This document shows positions 53,000 to 62,728 of a DNA stretch of 64,000 nucleotides, one piece after another (the stretch's first letter is position 1; every line of letters starts with the position of its first letter). Source of the stretch: Candidatus Hydrogenedentota bacterium (lineage in GTDB: Bacteria > Hydrogenedentota > Hydrogenedentia > Hydrogenedentales > SLHB01). The notes under the pieces were generated by a model. The model was not told the DNA's origin and did no database searches. It worked only from the letters and a program-made list of their open reading frames with translations. The translations under genes and the position numbers were made by a program. The stretch covers positions 128,001 through 192,000 of the forward strand of contig CAXXYE010000007.1 in the NCBI GenBank assembly GCA_963674865.2, given 5' to 3'.

Positions 53000-54581
53000 T
53001 GTCAAGACTCTTTAGAAATGTCACATGTTGGGACTCATTAGAAATGTCCTATGCTCGATGGTTGCAGAAGCGAGTTATCCAAGGTCTGTGGTCAGGTGCG
53101 TAGCAGCTGTCCCCAGACCGTCATATCCACATCCAGCGCGAAGCGCGCGGGCGCATAGCGCTCGTCGAGGATGTGGATATGTGGGTAACTCGCGTGCTCA
53201 CCTTTCTTTTGCGTTCATGAGAGGTAGGCGTTGGACGTTGGGCCGCCAGCGCTTGTAGGGCGCGGGGGGAGCGTTCTTCTTCTTGGGCTTGGCGGGGGGC
53301 TGGACCTGTTGGACTCGTTGCTGCCCTTCTCGTTTGTATTGCTTGACCGTGAGCCTGCGGTAGTCAAGGTCCTGGTCTTTGTAGAGCAGCCTGATGCCGC
53401 CGTGCAGATGGGTGCGGACCAGAATCCTGTCTTTGGGCCGGGGCAGAGGACTGTTGTTCTTGAGGATTTGGTAGTAATGATTCCCGAAACGGACGGTCCA
53501 GTCGTTTTGGACGACGCGCAGTTCCTCGAAGCAAAAAATGTCATGCAGCTCAAGGCCTTTGGGTGGAGGACGGTGATAGTCCAGTTCCTCACGGGGCGCA
53601 ATGGCGAACTTGGCGTTCAGAGCGTCACAAAAGCTTTCGTAGAGCAGCTTGTCGGCGGTGGCGATGGTGGTGATGCGCCGCAAGGCGAGTTCCTTGACGA
53701 ACCGGTTCTGGTATGTGCCGTTGGAGCGCTCGACGCGGCCTTTGGCTTGAGGCGAAGTCGCGGGGATGATGACGATTCCCAGCTTATAGCAGGCCTCTCC
53801 GAATTGAGTCAGCGGCTCGCGCCCCGCCAGTTGCTCTTCGAGCGTGGGCTCCCGGCCGGTGATGTAGACGTTCTTTCGGTCCGTATACAGCGCCCGAGGA
53901 ATACCGTATTTCTCGATCCACCGCCACAGAAGCTGCATGGCGGCCTGCTTCGTTTCTTGCTCGGCCATGAGCGCCAAGGTTTCTCCTGTGGCGTCATCTA
54001 TCATGTTCATCAGACAAGTTTGGCCTTGGTCCGGCCCGAACCAGTGGTGGTGACTCCCATCCATCTGCACCAGCTCTCCGAAATGGGCTCGCCGCTCCCT
54101 GCGGGAGCGATGCCGGCGCCCGGTGTCTCCCTTCGCCCAGAGCCCCTGCTCAAGCAGCCAGCGCCGTAACGTCTCGTGGTCGATGCACAGGCCTTCCTCC
54201 GCCAGCTTCTCCGCGGCCAGGGTCGGCCCCAAATCGTGTTCTCTATAGCGTTCCTGATAGCGCCGAAGGACTTTGTCCCGGAACGCGGCAGGCTTGGCTC
54301 GATTAGACGCCCGGCCCCGGTTGCGATGCACCAACCCCTCATCTCCCTCTGACACGAAGCGTGCGTGTATCCGCAGCGCCTGCCGGTAGCTCACTTCCAT
54401 GCGCCGCGCCGCTTCCGCCAGGGTCATATGCTTTCCCACAACAAGCTCCAACAACGACTTACGCATCAATTCCTTGCGACTCATCTTCAAATGCCCTTCC
54501 ACGGCAGCCCTCCAAGTGAAAGGCTCCAATTGTGACATTTCTAATGAGTCGAGGGGGTGACACTATCAAAGAGTCGCGACA
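53000..54581 (-). mobile_element. Complete IS1202-family-like insertion sequence (1582 bp) with 17-bp target duplication
   Basis: Ends TGTCAAGACTCTTTAGAAATGTCAC... / ...GTGACACTATCAAAGAGTCGCGACA; doubled subterminal 19-bp motifs; GGCCCATCTGCATTCGG at 52983-52999 and 54582-54598. Confidence 0.9.
53198..54502 (-). CDS. DDE transposase (ISNCY/IS1202 type)
   Basis: N-terminal HTH, GELVQMDGSHH, IDDAT, ALYTDR, SPQAKGRVER, FCFEELRVVQNDWTV; GTG 54502 has GGAG RBS (ORF open from 54538). Confidence 0.92.
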   Translation of the reverse strand: MEGHLKMSRKELMRKSLLELVVGKHMTLAEAARRMEVSYRQALRIHARFVSEGDEGLVHRNRGRASNRAKPAAFRDKVLRRYQERYREHDLGPTLAAEKLAEEGLCIDHETLRRWLLEQGLWAKGDTGRRHRSRRERRAHFGELVQMDGSHHHWFGPDQGQTCLMNMIDDATGETLALMAEQETKQAAMQLLWRWIEKYGIPRALYTDRKNVYITGREPTLEEQLAGREPLTQFGEACYKLGIVIIPATSPQAKGRVERSNGTYQNRFVKELALRRITTIATADKLLYESFCDALNAKFAIAPREELDYHRPPPKGLELHDIFCFEELRVVQNDWTVRFGNHYYQILKNNSPLPRPKDRILVRTHLHGGIRLLYKDQDLDYRRLTVKQYKREGQQRVQQVQPPAKPKKKNAPPAPYKRWRPNVQRLPLMNAKER

Positions 54582-54598
54582 GGCCCATCTGCATTCGG

Positions 54599-54627
54599 TT
54601 GACTTCCCCCTTGCGCCTGCCTATCAT
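54599..54627 (+). promoter_or_regulatory. sigma70-type promoter
   Basis: TTGACT-N17-TATCAT starting at the base right after the right target duplication. Confidence 0.65.
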
Positions 54628-54674
54628 ACGAACGCGCTGGCTGCGCTTAATTCTTCCCGTGAAAGGGCTTGGGG

Positions 54675-55244
54675 ATGCTAAGACTTTGCCTTTCGCTGCT
54701 CACGATTGCCATTCTTCTTTCCTCGGGCCAGGCGATGGCCGACTGCGGGCTGTTCAAGCGATTCGACGATGGTTGGTGGCGTGTCGAGATGAATGGCGTG
54801 GCCGGCCTGCCCGCTAGCCACAGCAGCCGCGACGGCGACTTCCTGCTTTCCGGCTCCGTCGAGTATGAGTGGCCCACGGAGACATGGGAGCGGGCCACGC
54901 TGGGCCTCCGCGCCTACCCCTTGTTCGCGTACCACGAAGAGGCCGAATCGCGCGATCACACCATCTATGGCGGCGCTATCGGCATTACGGGCCGCGCGTA
55001 CCGGAACAAGGAGCAGCACGACGGTCTTTTCGCCGAACTGGCAGGCGCGGCGTTGTATCAATCCAGGGAGTTCGAGCGCAACACCTCCCGCTTCAACTTC
55101 TGCGCCGAACTTGGAGTCGGCTACAAGTTCCCCGAAAGCCATTGGCACGTCACCGCCAAGTTCGTCCACATCAGCAACGGCGGCCTCGGTAGCCGGAACT
55201 CCGGCGTCAACGGCCTCGGCCTGGCCGTTGGGCGCAGCTTCTAG
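54675..55244 (+). CDS. PagL-like outer-membrane acyloxyacyl hydrolase (lipid A 3-O-deacylase family)
   Basis: Signal peptide, beta-barrel pattern, FNF...LGVGY, HISNGGL..RNSGVN, terminal Phe. Confidence 0.82.
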   Translation: MLRLCLSLLTIAILLSSGQAMADCGLFKRFDDGWWRVEMNGVAGLPASHSSRDGDFLLSGSVEYEWPTETWERATLGLRAYPLFAYHEEAESRDHTIYGGAIGITGRAYRNKEQHDGLFAELAGAALYQSREFERNTSRFNFCAELGVGYKFPESHWHVTAKFVHISNGGLGSRNSGVNGLGLAVGRSF

Positions 55245-55399
55245 CTCGCGTTCTTCCACCCCTGGGAGGGACGTGCTCCTGCCCATCCGCGCTCACCCCG
55301 AAGCGCCATCCTCCGCTCTGCGTTGCTCCGCGTCCTTTGCTTCTCTGCGTTTAGATCCGTCCGTACAGGCACCGGGAGACGGCAAGGCATCTGTCCGGC

Positions 55400-56350
55400 T
55401 TACCGGGTCGGAGCTCCGGTCGCGAGCCGCTGCATCACTTCCTCGTCGAGTTGCACGTCGACGGCGTCAAGGCTTTCGTTGAGTTGCTCGACGGTGCTCG
55501 CGCCAATCAGTGGAATGACGGTTATCTCGTGTGCGCGCATCCACGCCAAAACGAGTTGCGGGGCCGTTATCGCGAGTTCTTCGGCGACGGTGCGGAGCAA
55601 CGCCAGGCGCCTCTCGCTGTCTTCCCCCACATACTGATCGCGGAGCGCCTTATCCGGCCTGCCCGCGATCGCGCCCTTGAGAAACGGCGCGTAGCCGACA
55701 AGCGGGAAATCGTTGGCCCGGCAGAAGTCCAACAAGTCGTCGTTCGTCGCCACTTGAATCCCGAATCTCGCGCCGGGCCGGGGGCGTAGATAGGAGTAGC
55801 GCTGCTGGATGCAGCAGTAGGCGGCCCAGCCGTTCACCTTGCTCGTCCACAACGCTTCCACCAGCCGCGTCGGGAGATAGTTGCTGGCACCGATACAGCG
55901 CACCTTGCCGCTCGTGACGAGCCGATCAAAGGCGGCGAGCGTTTCTTCGAGCGGCGCGTCGCGATCGTCTATGTGGGCGTAATACAAGTCGATCACATCC
56001 GTGCCTAGCCGCTCCAGACTCCGCTCACATTCCCGCTCGATCTGCCCGGCCCGCAGCCCGGCGGGCTGCTCCGGATACACCTGGCCGACCTTCGTGGCGA
56101 CGAATAGGACGTCTCGGTTGCCGCGCTCCTTCATCCAGCGCCCGATGAGCCGCTCGCTCTCGCCGCCCCGGCAATTCGGCGCGTCCCGGTTGTAGATATT
56201 CGCCGTGTCGATGAAGGCCCCGCCTCGCTCCGCGTAGGCATCAAGGATACGAATCGACACATCCTCCGGCGTGTTGCTGCCCAAATGCAGCGCGCCGAGG
56301 CACAATTCGCTTACGGATATGCCGCTGGCGCCAAGTACTACCTTTTTCAT
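55400..56350 (-). CDS. Aldo/keto reductase
   Basis: VSELCLG, FIDTANIY, ATKVG, SLERLGTDVIDLYYAH, GKVRCIGASN, PLIGAST. Confidence 0.93.
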   Translation of the reverse strand: MKKVVLGASGISVSELCLGALHLGSNTPEDVSIRILDAYAERGGAFIDTANIYNRDAPNCRGGESERLIGRWMKERGNRDVLFVATKVGQVYPEQPAGLRAGQIERECERSLERLGTDVIDLYYAHIDDRDAPLEETLAAFDRLVTSGKVRCIGASNYLPTRLVEALWTSKVNGWAAYCCIQQRYSYLRPRPGARFGIQVATNDDLLDFCRANDFPLVGYAPFLKGAIAGRPDKALRDQYVGEDSERRLALLRTVAEELAITAPQLVLAWMRAHEITVIPLIGASTVEQLNESLDAVDVQLDEEVMQRLATGAPTR

Positions 56351-56385
56351 CGTATCTCCTCGTTAGTGTCTTGAGGCGGCCGCGC

Positions 56386-57161
56386 CTAGGCCATCTTCCG
56401 CAATTTGCCGATGACACGTCTAGGCAGGTGTTTGAGTGCCGACAGCTTCTGTCGATAGTACAGACGCGGCAAATACTTCCTCATATTGGCCGCGAATAGG
56501 CTCTTGCCGTAGAAGCTATGAGGGCTGTACCCGAATTGCCTCATGAACTCAATGACCTCTGACGCATCGCGCTGGCCTTCCGGGTCGCGAAATCCATGGA
56601 CCTCCATAAGAAAGAATGTCTTGCCCTTCTTGAGCAGGTTCTGGCTTCCCCGCAGTACCCGCAACTCACTTCCCTCGACGTCCATCTTCACGCAGTCCGG
56701 CACAACGTCCGGGAACAGACTGTCCAGTGTGAAACTGTCAACTTCGACCTCAGTCCACTCGACCCGCTGCTTTGCCTCATCATTAAGGTGCGTCAAACCG
56801 TGTCTGAACTGAACAGGCCGCCGCTCACGTTGGAACTCGTCGTGTGAAAGGTGATTTTCCCGTCTTTGTCTGAAGCCGCGCCGTGTATGCTCCTGATCGT
56901 GTTCGACGACGAAGCGTTCCAGGTTCGACAGTTGGACTCCAATCGCTCGTAGCGGATTGGATCGGCCTCTATAGCGACTATCTCTCCCCGTGCCATTGTT
57001 CGGTTTGCGAAGTAGGTGTACTGGCCCAAGCTGGCCCCGATATCCACAAAGAGCTTTGCCGGACGCAAGAGTTCCCAAAGGTGCTCTATGACTTCCTTTT
57101 CATCCATCTCCTCCGAGAAATAGGAGCGTTCCAGACTCTCATAGATCTCTTGCTTTTCCAT
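56386..57161 (-). pseudogene. FkbM family methyltransferase, frameshifted
   Basis: N half (FVDIGASLGQYT, AIEAD) and C half (TLDSL, VKMDVEGSE) in different frames; tandem CTGAA duplication at 56804-56813. Confidence 0.85.
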
Positions 57162-57352
57162 CCAGTAACTCCTCTATGGATGAGCCCGCCAGCGGTTTCG
57201 TGTCATGCTGCCGCAGCCCCTGCTATCGCTTACTTGTGTCCCATGGCAGCGCAACTGCGCGGCCTCCGGGGAAGTCTTCGGGACGCCCCCCGCATGAACT
57301 CCCCAAATCTGGGAAGTACTAGGATCGCCAACCCGGGCGCCGGTGACGGGCG

Positions 57353-59383
57353 CTACCGCGTATACACCTCTTTGACCTTCGTGTCCTTCGCGAGCTGCAC
57401 GTCCTCGTTCTTCTGGAGGACGGAGCAAATGGAGAGCCCTTCCTGGACTTCCTTGACTTCGAGGACGCCAACCGTCACCTGTCGCCGGCCGATGACCTTC
57501 CCGCCCGCCTCGATAGGATCGCCTTCCTCGATGATGGAGAACCGCTGGCCAGGCTGGACCCCGTGCTTCGCCCCGAGGTTGATGATGACGGCCGTATCAT
57601 CCGTTGCCTCGGCGATGAGGCCCTGGAGCCGCCGCTTGGCCGCGATCTTGTTCACCAACTCCTGCACGAAGGCATCCATCATCCCGTCGAGGTCCGTATT
57701 GGCGCGGAACGCCTTGGCAACCTGCGTTTCGATGCGCGTCGTCTCGCTCTTGATCATGCGCAGATACATGGTGACGTCCGGCCCGGCTTGCGCGAAATCG
57801 ACAAATCCCAGAAGTTGCGCGCTCAACACCTTGCCCAGGCGAAGCTGATTGTCCTGATCGGCCAGTTCTGACGAGCCTAGTTCAAGTTCTTGGAGCAGCT
57901 TGTCGAGCAGATCGCGTTCCACCACCTGAATGTGCTCGAGGCCCTGCAAGCGCGCCTCCAGTTCCCGGCGCAAGGCGATGTCCGTGCCTGCCCGCTCGAA
58001 GAACACCGGCGTCGAGCGCTCCGACGGTAGAAACGCCACGATGAGCGGGCGTGTCGTCCATTCATCCGCGGGCTTGTCCATCCCAGCCGCCTTGAGTTCC
58101 TTGTAGCGCGCGCTCAGATCGGCGATCTGCTTGCGAATGAGTTCCGTCCGCTTCAGATCGTTCGCGTCTTCCATCTCCTTCTTCACCTGGCGCAGCATCA
58201 TGCCCACCAAGTCGTCATCCCGGCGTTTGTCGGCCTCTTCGAGCACCTGCGCCGCCTTCGCGAGATGGCCCTGCTCCCGGTATAGGGCGCCCTCATTGCT
58301 GAGAGCCTCGACGTTATAGAAGTCCAATGACACGGCCTCACGGTATTTCTCGACGGCCGCGTCCGTGTCGCCCTTCTCCTGATGCAGGCGGCCCTCGATG
58401 GCGGTCGCCTCGGCCCGCTGCCAGTCCTCCGCCGGCTTCGCCGCGCCCAAAGCCGCCTCGGCCTTATCCAGTTTCCCGCCGCGCATCAGCGCCCGCGCCT
58501 TGATGGTGGCCGCATAACCGCTCGGATCCTGCGATGACAGCTCGACGGCCTTGTCGAGTTCGCCCCGTTCCAACGCTACCTTAGCAAGACCTGCCTTCGA
58601 ATCGATCTGCCCGAACTCAGCCTCCGCTTCGTCCAGCTTGCCTGCGGCGGTGAAGATATAGCCCTTGGCCTCGTGCACCGCCTTTTCATCTTCCCCTGCC
58701 TCAAGCGCCAAGTCGGCGACGTTTGCCGCGTCTTCCTCGGCGCCCTGCTGCATCAGCGCCACGGCAACATCCTTTATGATGTTCGCTTTGGCGGTGCCGG
58801 TGCCGCGGAGCACCTTCACAATGATCCGATCTTCATCAGGATGGACAAACAAGGTGATCGGCAGCGCGTCGACCTGTTCGAGCCACGACTCATCTCCGAG
58901 TTGCTTCGAGTCGATGATGTGATAGGGGATGTCGAGGCCCTCCGCGAACTCCTGGAGCGCCTTTTCCTCCTCCTGGATGCCCAAGGCCACGATCCGGACC
59001 TTTTCCCCGTATCGCGCATCCAGAAACTTGAGCTTCTTGGCGATTTCCTCGCCGCTGCTCACGGTGAAGAAGAACTCGATGATGAGATCGGGCTTGTCGG
59101 CTATGATCTTGTCCAGATCGACGAGGATCCTATGGATATCCTTGGCCTCGATATCAGGCGCCGTCCCGTTCTTTCTTAGCTCGACGGCCCTGACCTCAGG
59201 CGACGCTTGAGCATCGGCGCTCTCGGCGGATGCGGCGGGCGGCGTTGCAGCGCCCTGCGCCAATTGGATTGACTCACCGGGCGCACTTGTCGCGCTCCCG
59301 CCGTCCGGCGGCTCCACGGCCTTGCCGCACGCCAGTCCCAGCGAGACTGTAAGAATGAAGAGTGCAATGACCACGTGTTTCAT
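57353..59383 (-). CDS. Lipoprotein: thioredoxin-like domain + TPRs + CsgG-like + FlgT C-terminal-like domain
   Basis: Lipobox GLAC; ALPITLFV Trx-like strand with no CxxC; TPR helices; QVVERDLLDKLLQELEL..S; IINLGAKHGVQPGQRF. Confidence 0.72.
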   Translation of the reverse strand: MKHVVIALFILTVSLGLACGKAVEPPDGGSATSAPGESIQLAQGAATPPAASAESADAQASPEVRAVELRKNGTAPDIEAKDIHRILVDLDKIIADKPDLIIEFFFTVSSGEEIAKKLKFLDARYGEKVRIVALGIQEEEKALQEFAEGLDIPYHIIDSKQLGDESWLEQVDALPITLFVHPDEDRIIVKVLRGTGTAKANIIKDVAVALMQQGAEEDAANVADLALEAGEDEKAVHEAKGYIFTAAGKLDEAEAEFGQIDSKAGLAKVALERGELDKAVELSSQDPSGYAATIKARALMRGGKLDKAEAALGAAKPAEDWQRAEATAIEGRLHQEKGDTDAAVEKYREAVSLDFYNVEALSNEGALYREQGHLAKAAQVLEEADKRRDDDLVGMMLRQVKKEMEDANDLKRTELIRKQIADLSARYKELKAAGMDKPADEWTTRPLIVAFLPSERSTPVFFERAGTDIALRRELEARLQGLEHIQVVERDLLDKLLQELELGSSELADQDNQLRLGKVLSAQLLGFVDFAQAGPDVTMYLRMIKSETTRIETQVAKAFRANTDLDGMMDAFVQELVNKIAAKRRLQGLIAEATDDTAVIINLGAKHGVQPGQRFSIIEEGDPIEAGGKVIGRRQVTVGVLEVKEVQEGLSICSVLQKNEDVQLAKDTKVKEVYTR

Positions 59384-59492
59384 ATCGGCTTCCTCCACTC
59401 GGGCCGACCCCCTATCCATCCGTCGCGGGAGCTTTCCCACGACGGTGTGAACTGTCCACTATGCCATGTCCATTATAGCAGCCGATGCCGAA

Positions 59493-61001
59493 TTACGGAC
59501 TGGTTGGTATCTTGCTCAGGCCGATATCTTCCGATTTCTCTTGCTTTGGCTTTGTCGCCCTGAGTTGTCGTCGCTCTTCGATAAAGCCTTCCTTGCTGAC
59601 CACAAGCCAAAGGCTTTGGGACTTCTCGCCGGGATACACGTCGAGCGTGGCCATGCCCTCGCCGTTCGTAATGACTTCTTCCGACATGAGCGTCTCGGCA
59701 TCATCGACGGCCTTCAAGACGGCCGTGGCGCCCTCACATGGACTCTCGCCCCAGACAGCCTTCGGCTCTGTCTCGTATTTCTCCTTCTGTTGCGGAGTGT
59801 CGAGTTGCGCCACAGAGACGTGGACTTTGCCCCAGTAGTTGCCCTCCGCATTCTCTTCCGCACTATTCCTGTTGAGCATGGCCACGATCACGATTATCAG
59901 CGGCACCTGCGCGGCCACGATCATGGCGATTAGCCATTTCCTCTTCCGGCTCCTGGCGGGCTTCCCGCCTTCCGCGCGGCCCTCGACGACGCGTTCCCCG
60001 GCCACACTCCCGATCCTCGCGCCCGGGATTGTCGCGTCAGGCGTGCTTTCCGCGCGAACCGTCGCATCCGCACTCGGGGCCGTGCGCACGGTAGCATCGC
60101 CCTGCCCGCCGATGAGCGTTGCGGCCGGCTCGGCGTCTCCCACGCCGGTGATCGCCGGATCGGGATGCTCCTTCAGGCTCTCCCGCAAGGCCGCGGCCAT
60201 GGCCGCCGCAGTCTGATATCGCTTCTTCGGCGACTTGCTGAGGGCCTTCATCACGATATCGTTCAGGCACTCGTCGATGGCGAAGTTCAGTTCGCGCGGC
60301 GGGATCGGCTCCACCTTCACCACACTGTGCATCACCGTGTTGAGGGCCTCTCCCTGGAAAGGCTTCTCGCCCGTCAGCAGTTCATATAGGATCACCCCCA
60401 CCGCGAAGAGATCCGAGCGCCCATCCACCTTGTGCCCCATGAATTGCTCGGGACTCATGTAGTGGGGCGTGCCGATCATCACCCCTTCCTGCGTCAGGCT
60501 CGAGTCGCTCACGTGGGCGATCCCGAAGTCCGCGACCCGGATCGGGCCATCCTTCGGCATCATGATGTTGGCCGGTTTGATGTCCCGGTGGATGATTCCC
60601 TTGGCGTGCGCGTGGCCCAACGCGTCGCACACCGTCGCGCCGATCTCGACAATGGCGTCCACGTCGAATCGCTGCTTTCCATCGATGAGGTCCTGGAGGT
60701 CGCCGCCTTCGAGATACTCCATCGCGATGTAGGCGACGCCGTTCTCCTCGCCCGCGTCGTAGATCGTGATGATGTTGGGATGGTTCAACGCCCCGGCCGC
60801 CTGCGCCTCGCGCAGGAAACGCTCCATCATCTCTTCGGCGATGCCGCTGGCCTCGATCACATCGCGCCGGGCCGTCTTGATGGCCACGCGGCGGCCTATG
60901 TTCGGATCCAGTCCCTCATAGACCACCCCCATGGCCCCTTTGCCCAGCTCCCGGACGATCCGGTAACGGCCAAGTCGCTCTGGTGCGGGCTGTTCAGGCA
61001 C
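59493..61001 (-). CDS. Hanks-type Ser/Thr protein kinase with TM and extracytoplasmic domain
   Basis: LGKGAMGVVY, VAIK, HRDIKPAN, DFG, GTPHYMSPEQ, TM WLIAMIVAAQVPLIIVIVAML. Confidence 0.95.
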   Translation of the reverse strand: MPEQPAPERLGRYRIVRELGKGAMGVVYEGLDPNIGRRVAIKTARRDVIEASGIAEEMMERFLREAQAAGALNHPNIITIYDAGEENGVAYIAMEYLEGGDLQDLIDGKQRFDVDAIVEIGATVCDALGHAHAKGIIHRDIKPANIMMPKDGPIRVADFGIAHVSDSSLTQEGVMIGTPHYMSPEQFMGHKVDGRSDLFAVGVILYELLTGEKPFQGEALNTVMHSVVKVEPIPPRELNFAIDECLNDIVMKALSKSPKKRYQTAAAMAAALRESLKEHPDPAITGVGDAEPAATLIGGQGDATVRTAPSADATVRAESTPDATIPGARIGSVAGERVVEGRAEGGKPARSRKRKWLIAMIVAAQVPLIIVIVAMLNRNSAEENAEGNYWGKVHVSVAQLDTPQQKEKYETEPKAVWGESPCEGATAVLKAVDDAETLMSEEVITNGEGMATLDVYPGEKSQSLWLVVSKEGFIEERRQLRATKPKQEKSEDIGLSKIPTSP

Positions 61002-61004
61002 CTC

Positions 61005-62291
61005 TCACCCCTTGGTTTGCGAGCCGAGTGACTCGATCCACGCCGCCACCCGCGCGGCGTCATTGGCCTCGGGACTCAGTGCAAGATAACGCCGGAATGC
61101 CTCGATGGCTTCGGCGGACTTCCCCATCTCCGTATACGTCAACGCCAGATTGTAGTAGGCCGGCGAGTAGCTTTTGTCCAGTGCAAGTGCCGCGCGGAAC
61201 GCCGATTCGGCCTCATCGAAATCCTTCTGGCGGCGCAGGCTCTCGCCGAGATCATTGCGCAGCGAAGCCCGGCCGGGCGCGAGCTCCACCGCCCGCCGGA
61301 ACGCCGCCTCTGCCTGCGCGTCCTGTCCCGTGGCCAACAGCTCCCGCCCAAGGTTGCGATAGACTCCCAAGGCCTCCGGCCGCAACGCCTGCGCCTGTCG
61401 GTAGGCCGCGATGGCCCGCTCGGGCCGGCCTGCCGCCCCATAGGCCACCGCCACGTTGAACCACGCCTCGTAGAATTCCGGTATCAGCGAGACGGCGAGC
61501 GAATAGGCCTCGATCTTCTCCTCCGGCGTTTCTGCAACGACCCCCCGGTTGTAGGCGTCTATGGCCGCTTGCTGGGCCGGCGTCAAATCCGAGGCGGGCA
61601 AGATTTCCACTTCCTGCCCCTCCGTGTTGCCCACGCGCGAAGCCGTTGGTATCGCCACGCCGTGCTTCCGGAGCAGAGGATACGCCTCGTTAATGGGATT
61701 CACGAGCGTCAGCCATTCCTGATCGTCGATTCTGGCCAAAATCAGGCCCACCAGGCGGCCTCTTGCATCGAACACCGGCCCGCCGCTGGAGCCCGGCCCC
61801 GCCGGCAATTGCGTCTGAATGACGGGCTGCCCCTTGTACATGCGGTTCAGGCTCGACACGATCCCGGCGTTCGCCGTGAAGGAGAGGCTCTTGGGCGCCG
61901 CGATGGCCACCAGCTCCGCGCCCTCGCGAAGCGCCCCCGCATCTCCCAACGATGCGGCCACCGGGAGGGGGCCTTGCGCGCGCAGCAGGGCAAACTCCTG
62001 CGCTCCGTCAACCTCGATTGGCTCAAGCGTTCGTTCGCTGCCGTCCTTAAGCACGGCGCGAAGGTGAGTGACGCCTTGGATCTGGTGGGCCGTGGCGAGA
62101 ATCAGGCCGGAGGTATCGACGCAGCAGCCGCTGCTCTGCGTCGTGTCGTGGGATGCCGGCCTTTCACCGAGGATCACGACGACGGCCGGCGCATAGCGCT
62201 CGAAAAGAAGTTCCACGTCGAGGGCCGCTGACGTGCCTGCAAGCACGGCCAGCCCGGCGAGAGAGACTATCAGGCGCGATATGTGTTGCAT
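61005..62291 (-). CDS. Exported trypsin-like serine protease with C-terminal TPRs
   Basis: Signal peptide, ATAHQI, PGSSGGPVF, several TPRs (AWFNVAVAY, AYYNLALTY); start uncertain. Confidence 0.85.
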   Translation of the reverse strand: MQHISRLIVSLAGLAVLAGTSAALDVELLFERYAPAVVVILGERPASHDTTQSSGCCVDTSGLILATAHQIQGVTHLRAVLKDGSERTLEPIEVDGAQEFALLRAQGPLPVAASLGDAGALREGAELVAIAAPKSLSFTANAGIVSSLNRMYKGQPVIQTQLPAGPGSSGGPVFDARGRLVGLILARIDDQEWLTLVNPINEAYPLLRKHGVAIPTASRVGNTEGQEVEILPASDLTPAQQAAIDAYNRGVVAETPEEKIEAYSLAVSLIPEFYEAWFNVAVAYGAAGRPERAIAAYRQAQALRPEALGVYRNLGRELLATGQDAQAEAAFRRAVELAPGRASLRNDLGESLRRQKDFDEAESAFRAALALDKSYSPAYYNLALTYTEMGKSAEAIEAFRRYLALSPEANDAARVAAWIESLGSQTKG

Positions 62292-62728
62292 GCGGTACCC
62301 CATGCCGCGGAACCTGCTAATGGCACGCGTCATCCTCATGGGACATCGTCATCATGGAAAGCCAAGGACGCGCAAGCGTAGCAACAGAGGGACTGACGCA
62401 AGCGAGCAACGTGAGGAGCGAGACGTGTCTGTCCCTCTTCTTGCGAAGCGAGTCTTGCATAATAGTCATCCACTCCGAAGTACGCCGTAGCACGATGCGG
62501 ATCCAAACGCAATCATAGTTCGCGCCCGATACAGATTCAATTGACGCCGACCAAATCGGGACTGTGCCAAGCCAATCCGCCCTTAGGCGAACGAGACGGG
62601 ACGGCCCCTGATTTCTCATGTCCCGCGCCCAAACATAGTCGCCAAGAAGGCCCCGCGGTGTCTTTCCTTCCCGCGCGGCCCTGTGTTAGGATGCATCCAG
62701 CGCAGGCAACCGTATCGGGGATTGGCCC

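Noticed and set aside
52983..53000. 18-bp target duplication for the IS
   Set aside because: The extra T at 53000 is needed for the TGT terminus that mirrors ACA at 54579-54581, so 17 bp is preferred
62550..62615. Possible REP-like hairpin (AAATCGGGACTGTGCC...GGGACGGCCCCTGATTT)
   Set aside because: Imperfect and without a clear second copy in the window, so too weak to call
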